From positions 1-64,000 of the forward strand of contig JBCCEA010000019.1 of the NCBI GenBank assembly GCA_039030515.1: DNA of 64,000 nt. The letters run 5' to 3'. This DNA comes from Myxococcota bacterium (GTDB lineage Bacteria; Myxococcota_A; Polyangia; Polyangiales; Houyiibacteriaceae). The translations under genes were made by a program, and so were the position numbers. Below, in pieces: positions 10,654 to 20,386 of this stretch. The number at the start of each line of letters is the position of its first letter. The stretch's first letter is position 1. The notes below the pieces were generated by a model. That model was not told the origin of the DNA, made no database searches, and saw only the letters and a list, made by a program, of their open reading frames with translations.

Positions 10654-11985
10654 ATGATGTGGATTCGAAGTACAGCTCCTACCGCGGTATTCCTTGCCTC
10701 TACGTGCTTCGCATCGTTTGCGGCAGCCCCTCGGAGGGTCCAAGCCCAGACGCCGACCGGAGAACCTGTTTCATTTCAGATTCACTCTGAAGAGCTGAGC
10801 GAGACGTTCGCCGAAGTTGCCGAGCGGGTGTCTCCCTCGGTGGTTAGCCTCAAGATCGAGGCTCGCAGGGCGAGCGGGTTCGGACGTTCACGCCTGGCAG
10901 AAGGCGGTGGATCGGGAGTGATCATCTCTCGGGAAGGCCACATCTTGACGAACAACCACGTGGTCCGTCACGCGACGCGAATTACCGCGCATCTGAGAGA
11001 TGGCCGGCAGTTTCCCGGCAGCGTCATCGGAACAGATCCGGCGACAGATCTTGCGGTCGTCAAAATCGACGGAACGCGCCTTAGCCCGGCCAGCTTCGGC
11101 TCGTCAGGTGAAGCCCGCGTGGGGCAAATCGTCATGGCGGTCGGCTCACCGTTTGGACTGGACTACACGGTCACCACGGGCGTGTTGAGCGCTAAGGGCC
11201 GAGGCATCGGAGCCAATGAGATAGAGGACTATCTCCAAACGGACGCCAGCATCAATCCAGGCAACTCAGGTGGACCGCTTCTTGACTTAACGGGTCACGT
11301 TTTGGGGATCAATACGATGATCGTCGGCCGAGGCACCGGAATCGGGTTTGCGATACCGTCAGATCTCGCGCAGCACGTGGCCCAACAGATCATCGAACGG
11401 GGGGAAGTTCGGCGGGCTTGGGTCGGAGTCAGTTTTCAAGAGCTCACTTCAGAGCTGGCAGAACACTTCGATATCGATCGCGGTGCTTTGATCGGCCATG
11501 CGATTTCCGAGGGGCCAGCTGCTCGAGCGGGACTGCGCGCCGGCGATGTGATCATCGCAGTTAACGACCAGGAAGTAGTCGAGGGCAGGGACTTGCTGCG
11601 TCAGGTCTTGCGGACGGATGTGGGGGAGTCTTTGCGTGTGACCTACGTTCGCGATGGTTCCGAGAGGTCAAGCCTGATCCGGACGATGGAACGACCGGGC
11701 GCGGAAACGGGACGGCAAACCTCTCGGCTGCAAACCCGCCGATCCTCCGGAATGGGATTGAGCTACAGCACCAGCGACGGGGCAGTGGTGATCCGCTCGG
11801 TTCAAGCCGGGTCTCCGGGAGATCGTGCGGGTCTGAGACCAGGGGATCGTCTGGTCGAGGCGGATCGTCGTCCGGTACGGAGCAACGGGGATGTGGGTAC
11901 CGCGCTTGCAGACGACGGCAAAGCACTGCTGTACGTTGAGCGTCGCGAGGGAGGCTTTTTCACCGTCCTGCGTCGAGATCCGTAA
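10654..11985 (+). CDS. htrA: HtrA/DegP-family serine protease with two PDZ domains
   Basis: Signal peptide; TNNHVV, TDLAV, DASINPGNSGGPL catalytic triad; two PDZ-like repeats (GPAARAGLRAGD, SPGDRAGLRPGD). Confidence 0.95.
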   Translation: MMWIRSTAPTAVFLASTCFASFAAAPRRVQAQTPTGEPVSFQIHSEELSETFAEVAERVSPSVVSLKIEARRASGFGRSRLAEGGGSGVIISREGHILTNNHVVRHATRITAHLRDGRQFPGSVIGTDPATDLAVVKIDGTRLSPASFGSSGEARVGQIVMAVGSPFGLDYTVTTGVLSAKGRGIGANEIEDYLQTDASINPGNSGGPLLDLTGHVLGINTMIVGRGTGIGFAIPSDLAQHVAQQIIERGEVRRAWVGVSFQELTSELAEHFDIDRGALIGHAISEGPAARAGLRAGDVIIAVNDQEVVEGRDLLRQVLRTDVGESLRVTYVRDGSERSSLIRTMERPGAETGRQTSRLQTRRSSGMGLSYSTSDGAVVIRSVQAGSPGDRAGLRPGDRLVEADRRPVRSNGDVGTALADDGKALLYVERREGGFFTVLRRDP

Positions 11986-12133
11986 ACCAGATGTCGACAG
12001 CGCGGCTGGTTTCGCTTGGTCGCACTTCATCACTTCGCTGATCGGATACGCCCCCAGCTCGACGTATCTCATGTTTGGGATGGATCACATCTGCAGCGGA
12101 TCGTTGCAGCCGCAGATAGTCATCTCTAGCTAG

Positions 12134-12473
12134 GGCAGGACTCCCTATTTGGGAAACGGGAATTCCCGTTGGCCGCCCATCCAGATGATCGCACGCATCG
12201 CCGTACCCAGTCAGGTTTGGCGGTCATGCAGATCCGTACCGTAACTATCCGACGCATTGCCGTACCCGGTCAGGTAACCGTACCCAGTCAGGTTCACTGT
12301 ACCTGGTCAGGTTGCGAGAGAACCCCCTATTTGGGAAACGGGAACTCCCGGTGACCGCCCATCCGGACGATCGCACGCATGGCCGTACCTGGTCAGGTTG
12401 CTGTACCCGGTCAGGTTTGGCGTACCTGGTCAGGTTTGCCGTACCCGGTCAGGTTTGGCGGGCGAAACCAGAC
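12134..12473 (+). repeat. Array of CCGTACCYRGTCAGGT repeats with a duplicated ~65-bp segment
   Basis: About 8 motif copies at 12200-12460; CCCTATTTGGGAAACGGGAA...GATCGCACGCAT duplicated at about 12142-12197 and 12325-12380. Confidence 0.9.
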
Positions 12474-12513
12474 CCTGGTTTGCACCTGGTGCGGGGATCG
12501 GTTAGCGCCTGTT

Positions 12514-13026
12514 GTGAAGAAGCGCATCGCTCTGATTTCGACCGGGGGCACGATCGAGAAGACCTATTGCGAACTTCAGGGAGTCATGCGGAACGAAGTT
12601 TCCGTTCTTGACGTAATGATCGCCTCGCTGCAGCTTGAAGGCGTGGACCTGGTTCGCGTTCCCCTGATGAACAAGGACAGCCTCGAGATGAGCATCGAGG
12701 ACCATACGCTGATCGCACAAACGGCCCTGGCGATGTCGCAAGCGCACGACGGGGTGGTGATCGTGCATGGAACCGACCGGCTGGCGCAAACTGGTGAGCG
12801 AACTCTTGAGCTGGCTCCCAAACCGCGCGTGCCGATCGTGCTCACCGGAGCGATGCGGCCCTACGAGCTGCGTCACACCGACGCGATTCAGAACTTCACC
12901 GAGGCACTGCTCGCCGTTCAGTGGATGCCTGCAGGAGTGTACGTCGCGATGCACAACCAGGTGCTTTCTTTTCCCGGCGTCGCCAAAGATCCAGATCGCC
13001 TCAAATTCATCAAGACATCCAGCTAA
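12514..13026 (+). CDS. Short asparaginase-domain protein (N-terminal domain only)
   Basis: ISTGGTIEK, MNKDSLEM, HGTD, IVLTGAMRP; probable GTG start at 12514. Confidence 0.88.
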   Translation: MKKRIALISTGGTIEKTYCELQGVMRNEVSVLDVMIASLQLEGVDLVRVPLMNKDSLEMSIEDHTLIAQTALAMSQAHDGVVIVHGTDRLAQTGERTLELAPKPRVPIVLTGAMRPYELRHTDAIQNFTEALLAVQWMPAGVYVAMHNQVLSFPGVAKDPDRLKFIKTSS

Positions 13027-13035
13027 GCCACCATC

Positions 13036-13387
13036 CGGCAAACCTGACTAGGTACGGCAAACCTGACTAGGTACGGATCTGGGCCGCCCGCCAAACCTGA
13101 CCGGGTACGGTTACCTGACCGGGTACGGTTCTGCTGTGACCGCAAAATACGAATGGATACGGATTGCTCGCAACCTCTCGCAACCTGACTAGGTACGGTG
13201 AAACTGACTAGGTACGGTGAAACTGACTAGGTACGGTGAGACTGACTAGGTACGGTGAAACCGACTAGGTACGGTGAAACTGACTAGGTACGGCAAACCT
13301 GACTAGGTACGGCAAACCTGACTAGGTACGGCAAACCTGACTAGGTACGGCAAACCTGACTAGGTACGGCAAACCTGACTAGGCACG
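13036..13387 (-). repeat. 19-bp tandem array (CAAAC/TGAAA)CTGACTAGGTACGG, reverse-complement orientation of the dispersed repeat
   Basis: 11 tandem units at 13181-13387 plus 4 copies at 13039-13128. Confidence 0.95.
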
Positions 13388-13407
13388 TCTCTGCACATCC
13401 GGTGCAG

Positions 13408-14355
13408 TTAAACCAAAAGGTGACGGCTGAATCGGTCAGCGTCGATGCTTTGCAGTAGAGTGAACATTTCCTTGCCCAATGCATCTTCGCGGTCAGGAAA
13501 CTCGTCATTAGCGCCGTCGGGGTTTTCGATAAATCCTTCATATGCCTTGAGAACCTCCCTTGCCGATGAACGAGCTTTCTCTTCGAGCTCCGGCGCTTGG
13601 GCGATCTTCTCAACTCTCTCGGTAGGCGAGAGCTTGGAAATTCTGAAAGCATCTTCTGGCGTCACAGTCTTATTTTTACGCATTATCATCGCAAAGTAGG
13701 CGAGCGCCGAAAAGCAAGTAAGGATGCGGCTATGACGGAGTTTGTAATTCTTAATCTTTTTATTATCCCCCTCGCTTTTTTCATAGTTGACGCAAAGTGT
13801 GCGCCATAGCCTGAGAATGTCGTTCGCTAGAAACGAGGGAGAAAAACGATCTTTTCGGTCTGTGTAGTCGCGCCAATAGGCCTCGATGACCTTGTTCAAT
13901 GCCTTGTCGTACACCGCGTCGCCCAGCAGGGGTCGACTTTCCAGCAGCAATAGCAAACGCGCGGTGAAGGTATTTTCTGAGTCGTCTTCACGAGTGCCCA
14001 GCTTGGACGTCAATTGACCTACCGAGTACTGAACCAGGTATTCGCCGTCGCCTGAAAAGTCGGGGAGCCCTTCCTTCCTGTTGGCCTGAATGAGCTCAGC
14101 ACAGACAAGGATCTCATCGAGTCGACTCAATTGCGATCTCGGCGGTACTAAGGGGCGGTCCTCCGCAGATATGTCCAGCCCAAGGAGAAACAGATCTAGA
14201 TCGCTCTTCTCGGTCGCTTCTCCTCGCGCGTAAGAACCGGTTACCTACACGCAGGCCCTGTCTGCGAGGATGCCTTCCGCTGTGGTCAGTTTGGATCGAA
14301 GCTGATCCAGTTTGTGCTCGCTGAATTCTCGTCGTTTCGCCAAGATGTCGCTCAT
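13408..14355 (-). pseudogene. Pol-beta superfamily nucleotidyltransferase interrupted by one in-frame TAG (14245-14247)
   Basis: ATG at 14355 with GGAGG RBS overlaps the upstream stop; reads MSDILAKRREFS...ACV*VTGSYARGEATEKSDLDLF (GS-x10-DxD) and continues in frame into ORF 13408..14130. Confidence 0.85.
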
Positions 14356-15020
14356 GGCGCCTCCTCCGATCTGCTAGGTTCCCACTCGATCAGGTTGGCG
14401 AAGATCTCTGCCTGTTCGATCGCATCGTCAAGCGCATGGTGGCTGTGATGGCGAGCCGTGCGGAGGCGCTCTGGAAGTTTGGAACGACTCGCTTCCGTGA
14501 TCGTTCGGCCGGCTTTTACAGCAACAGCCGTTTTCAGATCGAAACAACCAGAGTGCCGGAAGGGAGATCCGCCCGTGGTGAAGTTGACGAAGTACCAATG
14601 GAGGAAGCTCCAGTCGAAGCTGAGTGGGTAGGCTACGAGAATCGGCTGTGCGCCCGCCGCTGTTTCCCTGATCCATACAGCTGCAGCTTCCATGGCATCC
14701 TGCGGGGAGGCACCCTGGCGAGCAAGCTTTTCGCGATCAAGACCGTTGATCTTCAGCGCTTCTTCTTCGTAGCGTGTCGAGATTGGTTGTAGTTCGCTGT
14801 AAAAGCTGACGTCGTAGGAGCAAGGACGCTCGAAATTGGCCCCGGCACGTCGCCCAGCATAGACCAGGGCAAACGAGAGCATCGAATACTCACCAGGGAT
14901 TGGGCCATCCGTTTCAATGTCGACGGAAAGATAGATCTCATCGACTGTATTGGAATTGCCAGGTTTTTCAGAGATTCTAGGCACCGTGGGGGCTTGAAAA
15001 GGAGTACGCAGAGTCATCAT
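14352..15020 (-). CDS. DEDDh 3'-5' exonuclease (Rv2179c-like)
   Basis: ExoI SVDIETDGP, ExoII SFDWSFL, ExoIII HHALDDA; start uncertain. Confidence 0.88.
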   Translation of the reverse strand: MMTLRTPFQAPTVPRISEKPGNSNTVDEIYLSVDIETDGPIPGEYSMLSFALVYAGRRAGANFERPCSYDVSFYSELQPISTRYEEEALKINGLDREKLARQGASPQDAMEAAAVWIRETAAGAQPILVAYPLSFDWSFLHWYFVNFTTGGSPFRHSGCFDLKTAVAVKAGRTITEASRSKLPERLRTARHHSHHALDDAIEQAEIFANLIEWEPSRSEEAP

Positions 15021-15102
15021 CTATCGCGTACGGTACCAGATGTGTTCGGCGGCATCGAGTTGGCTAGGCAGACCACTTGCTTCGGGTCCCACCGCCCCGG
15101 CT

Positions 15103-15157
15103 GCCCGCCACAACCTGACTGGGTACGGTTGGGGTAAACCTGACCGGGTACGGCTCT
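15103..15157 (-). repeat. Two copies of the dispersed repeat
   Basis: AACCTGACTGGGTACGG and AAACCTGACCGGGTACGG. Confidence 0.9.
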
Positions 15158-15377
15158 GCACAGCGGAACCTGAGCCAGCACAGAGATACGTGAGGTGAAA
15201 TCGACGGATATCGAATCAAATCGAAATCTACAGAACGCTGAGTTTGGAATGTATACCGGGCAGAAAATCGAGCTCACGTTAGACTTTAGGTATGCCGAGA
15301 ACCGGCAGACTCCGAGCACTATCCGCTACGGCCAGATGAATAAGCCATGAGTTTCTTGTCTCCACTGAGGTGCTAAA

Positions 15378-16526
15378 ATGTGGACTTGTGGATATGGCCC
15401 AACACTGCCCTTGAGGCGCGTCGCATACTGCGATCGACTCATTAAGCTGTTCTACGATATGGAGTTTGACCCGCTACTCGGTGCGTGGACACTACAAGGC
15501 AAAGCGGCAAAGCGGCAAAGCGGCAAAGCGGCAAAGCGGCAAAGCGGCAAAGCGGCAAAGCGGCAAAGCGGCAAAGCGGCAAGACCAGCAGGTTCCGATG
15601 CGCGGCCGCCTACGCCGTCTCTCGCTCTGGTGATTCCTGCTTATTTGGCAAATCGAGATACAGGCGATCTTAGAGGCATAAGCTTCGATGAACTAGTTAG
15701 TTGGTTAGATCAAGTAGGATCGACCTATCCAGGGGAAAAGCTGCATTTCACATCGATTGCCCGGCATATCGAAATTGTCTTTAGATCACAACATACTCAC
15801 CTCACAGTACAGGAATCATGTCTTCTCTTTGCTTTAAGGTCACAAACCGGAACAATCGATTGGGTCGCTAAAAAACAACAACTCCTTTCAACGGAGAAAC
15901 CGTTTGTCTCACCTTCTGCACCAAAAACAACAAGCATGCTAGTTCAAATGTCAGCCGATCAATGCTTCTTTTTTCGGGCTGGATCTATGGAGCATGCTGT
16001 CATGTTTTTATTTTTCAGGCACGGCCCGCAGGGCGCTTTTTACTGGGCAGAATGCAATGCTGGCGAGGGATGGTGGCAAGGAGGTGATGTGGATGGTAGA
16101 GGTAACATCGTACCTCGCATCTACCGATTAAAAGCCAGCTCTGATTCAAAATGCTCTCTTGATAAGGTTCTCACTTGGATGCTCTTAGGTCTCCTCAATC
16201 CAAGCTACGATCGCTTCGAGGGAGAGCACCTCTACCCGGGTCACTGGTTTGAGAATTGTTATGATGTCGCAGAGCTGGTTTCTTACAGCCCTGCCTTGAG
16301 GTCAGCAGCCCAGGCCGCAGCCAATCCGATTCAGCGGGGAGGCAGCTGCGCTATTCGCTCTCTGGTCGCGGGTATACGTCTTATGTTTGCTCTGGGGCGT
16401 GTGCCTATGAACACTTCTGCACCATGCTCGCACGATCCTGGCGGTAGTCTTCGCCCGAGATGGTCCCCATGGAACTCTTGTTTGCCTCGACTCCGCAGGA
16501 GAACACCAGTAGGAGTCGACGGCTAG
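15378..16526 (+). CDS. Orphan putative cysteine protease-like protein (paralogue 1)
   Basis: GSMEHAV...AECNAGEG...QRGGSC motifs conserved in paralogue 19177..20307; AT-rich. Confidence 0.6.
   Translation: MWTCGYGPTLPLRRVAYCDRLIKLFYDMEFDPLLGAWTLQGKAAKRQSGKAAKRQSGKAAKRQSGKAARPAGSDARPPTPSLALVIPAYLANRDTGDLRGISFDELVSWLDQVGSTYPGEKLHFTSIARHIEIVFRSQHTHLTVQESCLLFALRSQTGTIDWVAKKQQLLSTEKPFVSPSAPKTTSMLVQMSADQCFFFRAGSMEHAVMFLFFRHGPQGAFYWAECNAGEGWWQGGDVDGRGNIVPRIYRLKASSDSKCSLDKVLTWMLLGLLNPSYDRFEGEHLYPGHWFENCYDVAELVSYSPALRSAAQAAANPIQRGGSCAIRSLVAGIRLMFALGRVPMNTSAPCSHDPGGSLRPRWSPWNSCLPRLRRRTPVGVDG
15498..15583 (+). repeat. (GGCAAAGC)10 octanucleotide microsatellite inside CDS
   Basis: 10 exact units plus a partial; encodes KAAKRQSG repeats. 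Confidence 0.97.
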
Positions 16527-16562
16527 GCAGCCGTTGTTCAAAACCTGAAGCGTTCAAGAACA

Positions 16563-18324
16563 TCACGGAGTGATCATAAAAGCCGATGATGCACCAAGCT
16601 CCAGCGTGATCGATTGGTGCTTCGGCATACTGCGTTCAGGCCGGTGCCAGTAAATGCCGTAATTATTTTGATGATTATGAGATTTTATGTAGCGTCCCAC
16701 TCCGAGAACCAACCAGCAAGATGTTACTGGGTCGTAGACTGCAAATATTGTGTAGCCGCGCATTCCAGGAGCAGTGACATGGCAAATCCGACGTGATTCC
16801 AGGTTCTTTGATCTCAGATAATCGACAACAAACTTAGGCATCTTGTTTTGGGGCACGCTATCACGCGCTTTTTGCAGAGCTGCTACTACTGAAAGGTTTG
16901 CGTCTTCCAGATCTTCGATCTTCTTCCATAAATGTGTCGCACCGACGGAATACCATAACTCATTCTCTGATGAACCCCAGTGGACCGATGCCACTCCAGA
17001 ATTATGTTCACTCTTAGGTTGAGTTTGCGTGCGTTGGGTCGCTTGCAAAGTGTGCCTCTTTTTTTTAGGAGCTACGTTTCTTCTCTTCGATACCGGTAGG
17101 GGCTTCAGCGGCACGTTGGCACCAGTAGACTCGGTAACAGGAGGCGACGAGACCTGCTCCAAACCAGTATTCCCTGGAGGATCTGAACTGGGCACTTGCG
17201 CTCTGACTTGAGGAGAACACGCCATAGCGGCATCAAACTGGTCTTCCGCTTCGAAAAAACAATCTTCGAGATGTTCAATGCGCGCGATGGTCTCGTCCAA
17301 GCACTCCTGCATACTGTCCATTATTCTCATCCAACACCCATGATTCCATCGGGCCCAGCGAACTCTCGCTGACGTCAGCCTCCAGCCACTGCTGATTAAG
17401 TTAACGATGTAGCCGCGCGCAAACCGAGATTTCTCGATAGTCACCTGACAAGCCAGAAGATAACGAATCGCAGTGGACCACGATTCCTCGGTGGAATTGG
17501 TCGTCAGGTATCTTAGATGAGGCACGCGAAAGAGACACCCCCGCTGAACTACGAATTCGTTCGGCAACCGTTTCTGGGGCAAACGGTTGAATGACACTTT
17601 CGATCCGGCGTATTGTGCAATCGAAATCTGGTCTGGAAAGTCGATCCTGCGACGGCAGATCTTTTTGGGCATACTTACCCCAAAGATATCTTAATAGTCC
17701 AGAGGCCAAATACAGATTTTCCGTGAATCTGGATACGCGATACTCCACTTCAGATATTGAATCACAATACAAATCCCACAAAGGAATTTGTACATGAAAG
17801 AAATGACTCAAATAGCGTCCTCCATGTTCAGCGAAGAGCTTAATATTTCTAAACATAACCGGTAGAACAATGGCTTCATTTTCTATGGAGTTCAGATCGA
17901 CCCACACACTCAAAGCTTTTTCTTTGTAATCTTTGTTGACATTGGTAATGGTCGGTATGACTCGGGATTTGATCCTTTGGGAGATGATCCGAAGAAAGCA
18001 AACCAACTCGTGAGAATCGTGTTCTCGCAGGATTTCAATAGGGAGCTCGCTGTTGGACAAGCCATTTGAAATCGATTTTATCTGTGTCAGACCCTGGCGC
18101 ATATTTAGCAGAGCAAGGGTTTGTAACTTCCGGATGAAATCAAAGTAGTCAGAAGGGCCTGAATCCTGCACGAGAGGGAGCGGCGCCCGGTCTTTTTGGG
18201 AAAAAGTGTGACTTTCAAAATCAAGACGAAGATTAAGCAGTTGTTCACAACGATCAAGAGACGTCGCTATCGTTGACAATAAGTTTTTTACTATTTGAGC
18301 GGATGCATGTCGATTCGATGGCAT
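16563..18324 (-). pseudogene. Probably one broken orphan gene (ORFs 17401..18324 and 16563..17672) with NLS-like motif and alpha/beta C-terminal domain
   Basis: Overlapping same-strand ORFs; first frame stays open about 40 codons past TAA 17401-17403; second frame looks protein-like only from about MDSMQECL; contains PVSKRRNVAPKKKRH. Confidence 0.5.
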
Positions 18325-18515
18325 AAAGCTATAAACTCACATAATGATAGCACCGCTGTGTCTTGTGTCCGGAAAAGCCTGATAGCGCTCGACCATGCAG
18401 CACAGAAATCTATGTTTGTTACGGCTTGATGGACTTACCTTTCGCGCATGCAATATTCTTGTTCGGTGAAGCTAGGCCGTCAGACGAGGCCGGAGAATTC
18501 GTGTTACGAAGCACT

Positions 18516-18902
18516 ATGAACGTGACCTTGAGTTCTCCTCGATGGCTCATTGCGCCATACGTCATCAACATTTTAATTCTGGTCCCAGTCTGCTACCAAA
18601 TGCTCTTCGGTCGGGGAGTGTCTGCCGTATTTGACGGTCTTGTTCCCGAATCGGCTGGACTTCGGATGATGGTCGGAGCGCTATGGAGCGCGATCCTCTT
18701 TGCTTCTCTAGCTGGGCTGCTGCATCCCAAGTTTTTCGCGCTGATCTTGCTCATTCAGGTCTTCTACAAGGCTCTGTGGCTCGGGCTTTTTATTCTACCT
18801 CTCTGGCGCTTGGGTGCTCCGCTGCCGAGCGGTATCACCTGGACATTTATCTTTATCGTCCTCACCTACCCCATATTTTACGGATTCGCGCTGCGCGACT
18901 GA
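18516..18902 (+). CDS. Small integral membrane protein
   Basis: About four hydrophobic helices (NILILVPV, LWSAILF, QVFYKALWL, FIFIVLTYP). Confidence 0.75.
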   Translation: MNVTLSSPRWLIAPYVINILILVPVCYQMLFGRGVSAVFDGLVPESAGLRMMVGALWSAILFASLAGLLHPKFFALILLIQVFYKALWLGLFILPLWRLGAPLPSGITWTFIFIVLTYPIFYGFALRD

Positions 18903-19176
18903 GCTCGGCACTCGGCGGTGGGCGGAGATCTGAATCAAGGTCCTATCGTCGCGCATTCACCGGGCCTGCCGTGGCACTCTTGGGTGATGCCGAAGTCGTA
19001 CCGAGCCGGGCGGGAGATGCCTGACGTTGATGGCTCGATATGGAGATTTTGCAAGGCCCAAAGCGTTTCTTTGATGCCCCACCCAGAGGATCGCCAGGGC
19101 AGCTCGCCATTGTGGGGCTCTCTGAAACCGGAAGATACTGCACCGGGCGCTAGAATCGATCATCTTAGATGCGAGG

Positions 19177-20307
19177 ATGGATCCGCGTGCATCGCTTTTT
19201 AAGAAACGCGTCTCCGAATGCGATAGGCATATCGCAGCTTTGGGCCGTGCTCGATATGATTTTGGCCTCGGTGCCTGGGCAATGGACGGCGAGATAGCGA
19301 GGCCCACCGACCTCGCTTTGCCCGCACCTACCCCCTCACTCGCTAAGGTCCTGCCAGACTATTTCCGGAATGCAGCAACCATTGATATCGGTGGAATGAG
19401 CTCGGTTCAATTGAGCACCCAACTTCGATCGCTGGCCAACCTTAAAGCAGGCGCGAAACTGAAACTCAGCACGATTGCATCACATTACGAAACAAGCTCA
19501 TTGGGTAGCTTCAGAGGCTAGGTGCTAAGCGAGCTGGGTTTGTCTGCAAAAACAAGATTCGAGCGTGATAACCAGTGCGGACAGCTGGCGAAGCAGAGGA
19601 CACTTATTGCGCAAGCATCTCCCTGTGCTTTCTATTGGACTTCAGATCTGATGCCTTATTTTACTTCACTTCACTTCACTTCACTTCACTTCACTTCACT
19701 TCACGGAGGAGAATGCTTTTATCTTGGCGGAGGAAGCGCAAATCATTCGGTATGCTTCGTCTTTTTCATTTATGGACCGACAAACACTCTCTACTTTGCA
19801 GAGTACAATACAGGCGCAGGCGCAGAACGAAGCGGAACCATCTACAAGGAAAAGGTTGTTCCCTGGGTTTATCAGCTCCCGGCGAGAGATAAGACCTCAC
19901 TAAGACATGTGCTTTCCAGCATCGTGCTTGGCAGACTGAACCCTCGATATGGGCGATTCGAAGGCGAACATCTCTATCCAGGTCACTGGTATGAACATTG
20001 TTTTGGTGTCGTGAATAAGGTGCCTGCCGGCAGCGAACTGGAGGTGGCGGCTCAGATCGCCGCAACTCCGCTGCAACGTCAGGACGGATGCACTGTTCGT
20101 TCTCTGGTGGCGGCGCTGCGCTTTGCCTGGGCGCTTGGTCTCAGACCCAGTCGGGCTTCCGAGGGGGCTGCCGAGGGGGCCGTGTGCGCTTCTGCCGGAC
20201 GCAAACCACATCCGCCACATGAGCGGCCTTGGCGATCGACGCGGCTGCTGAACAAGCCGGGGGCCGTCACTCGCCCCCGGGCCGGCTACCCACAACGCTA
20301 CGGGTAG
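19177..20307 (+). pseudogene. Orphan putative cysteine protease-like protein (paralogue 2), one in-frame TAG at 19519-19521
   Basis: ORFs 19177..19521 and 19522..20307 share a frame; both halves align to 15378..16526 (LGAW, PTPSLA, LNPxYxRFEGEHLYPGHW, RSLVA). Confidence 0.7.
19665..19704 (+). repeat. (TTCAC)8 pentanucleotide microsatellite inside CDS
   Basis: 8 exact units; encodes FTSLH x3. Confidence 0.97.
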
Positions 20308-20386
20308 TTGGCCGCTAAAGAGCCCGGCGGCGCCCGGGCTGCGATGACTTGAACGCCGGTATCTTCTGCAGAAACAGGCGATCGCC

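Noticed and set aside
13036..13387. CRISPR array (also considered for 12200-12460 and 30141-30307)
   Set aside because: Units are 16-20 bp and mostly abut with no unique, regularly sized spacers; no cas genes in the window
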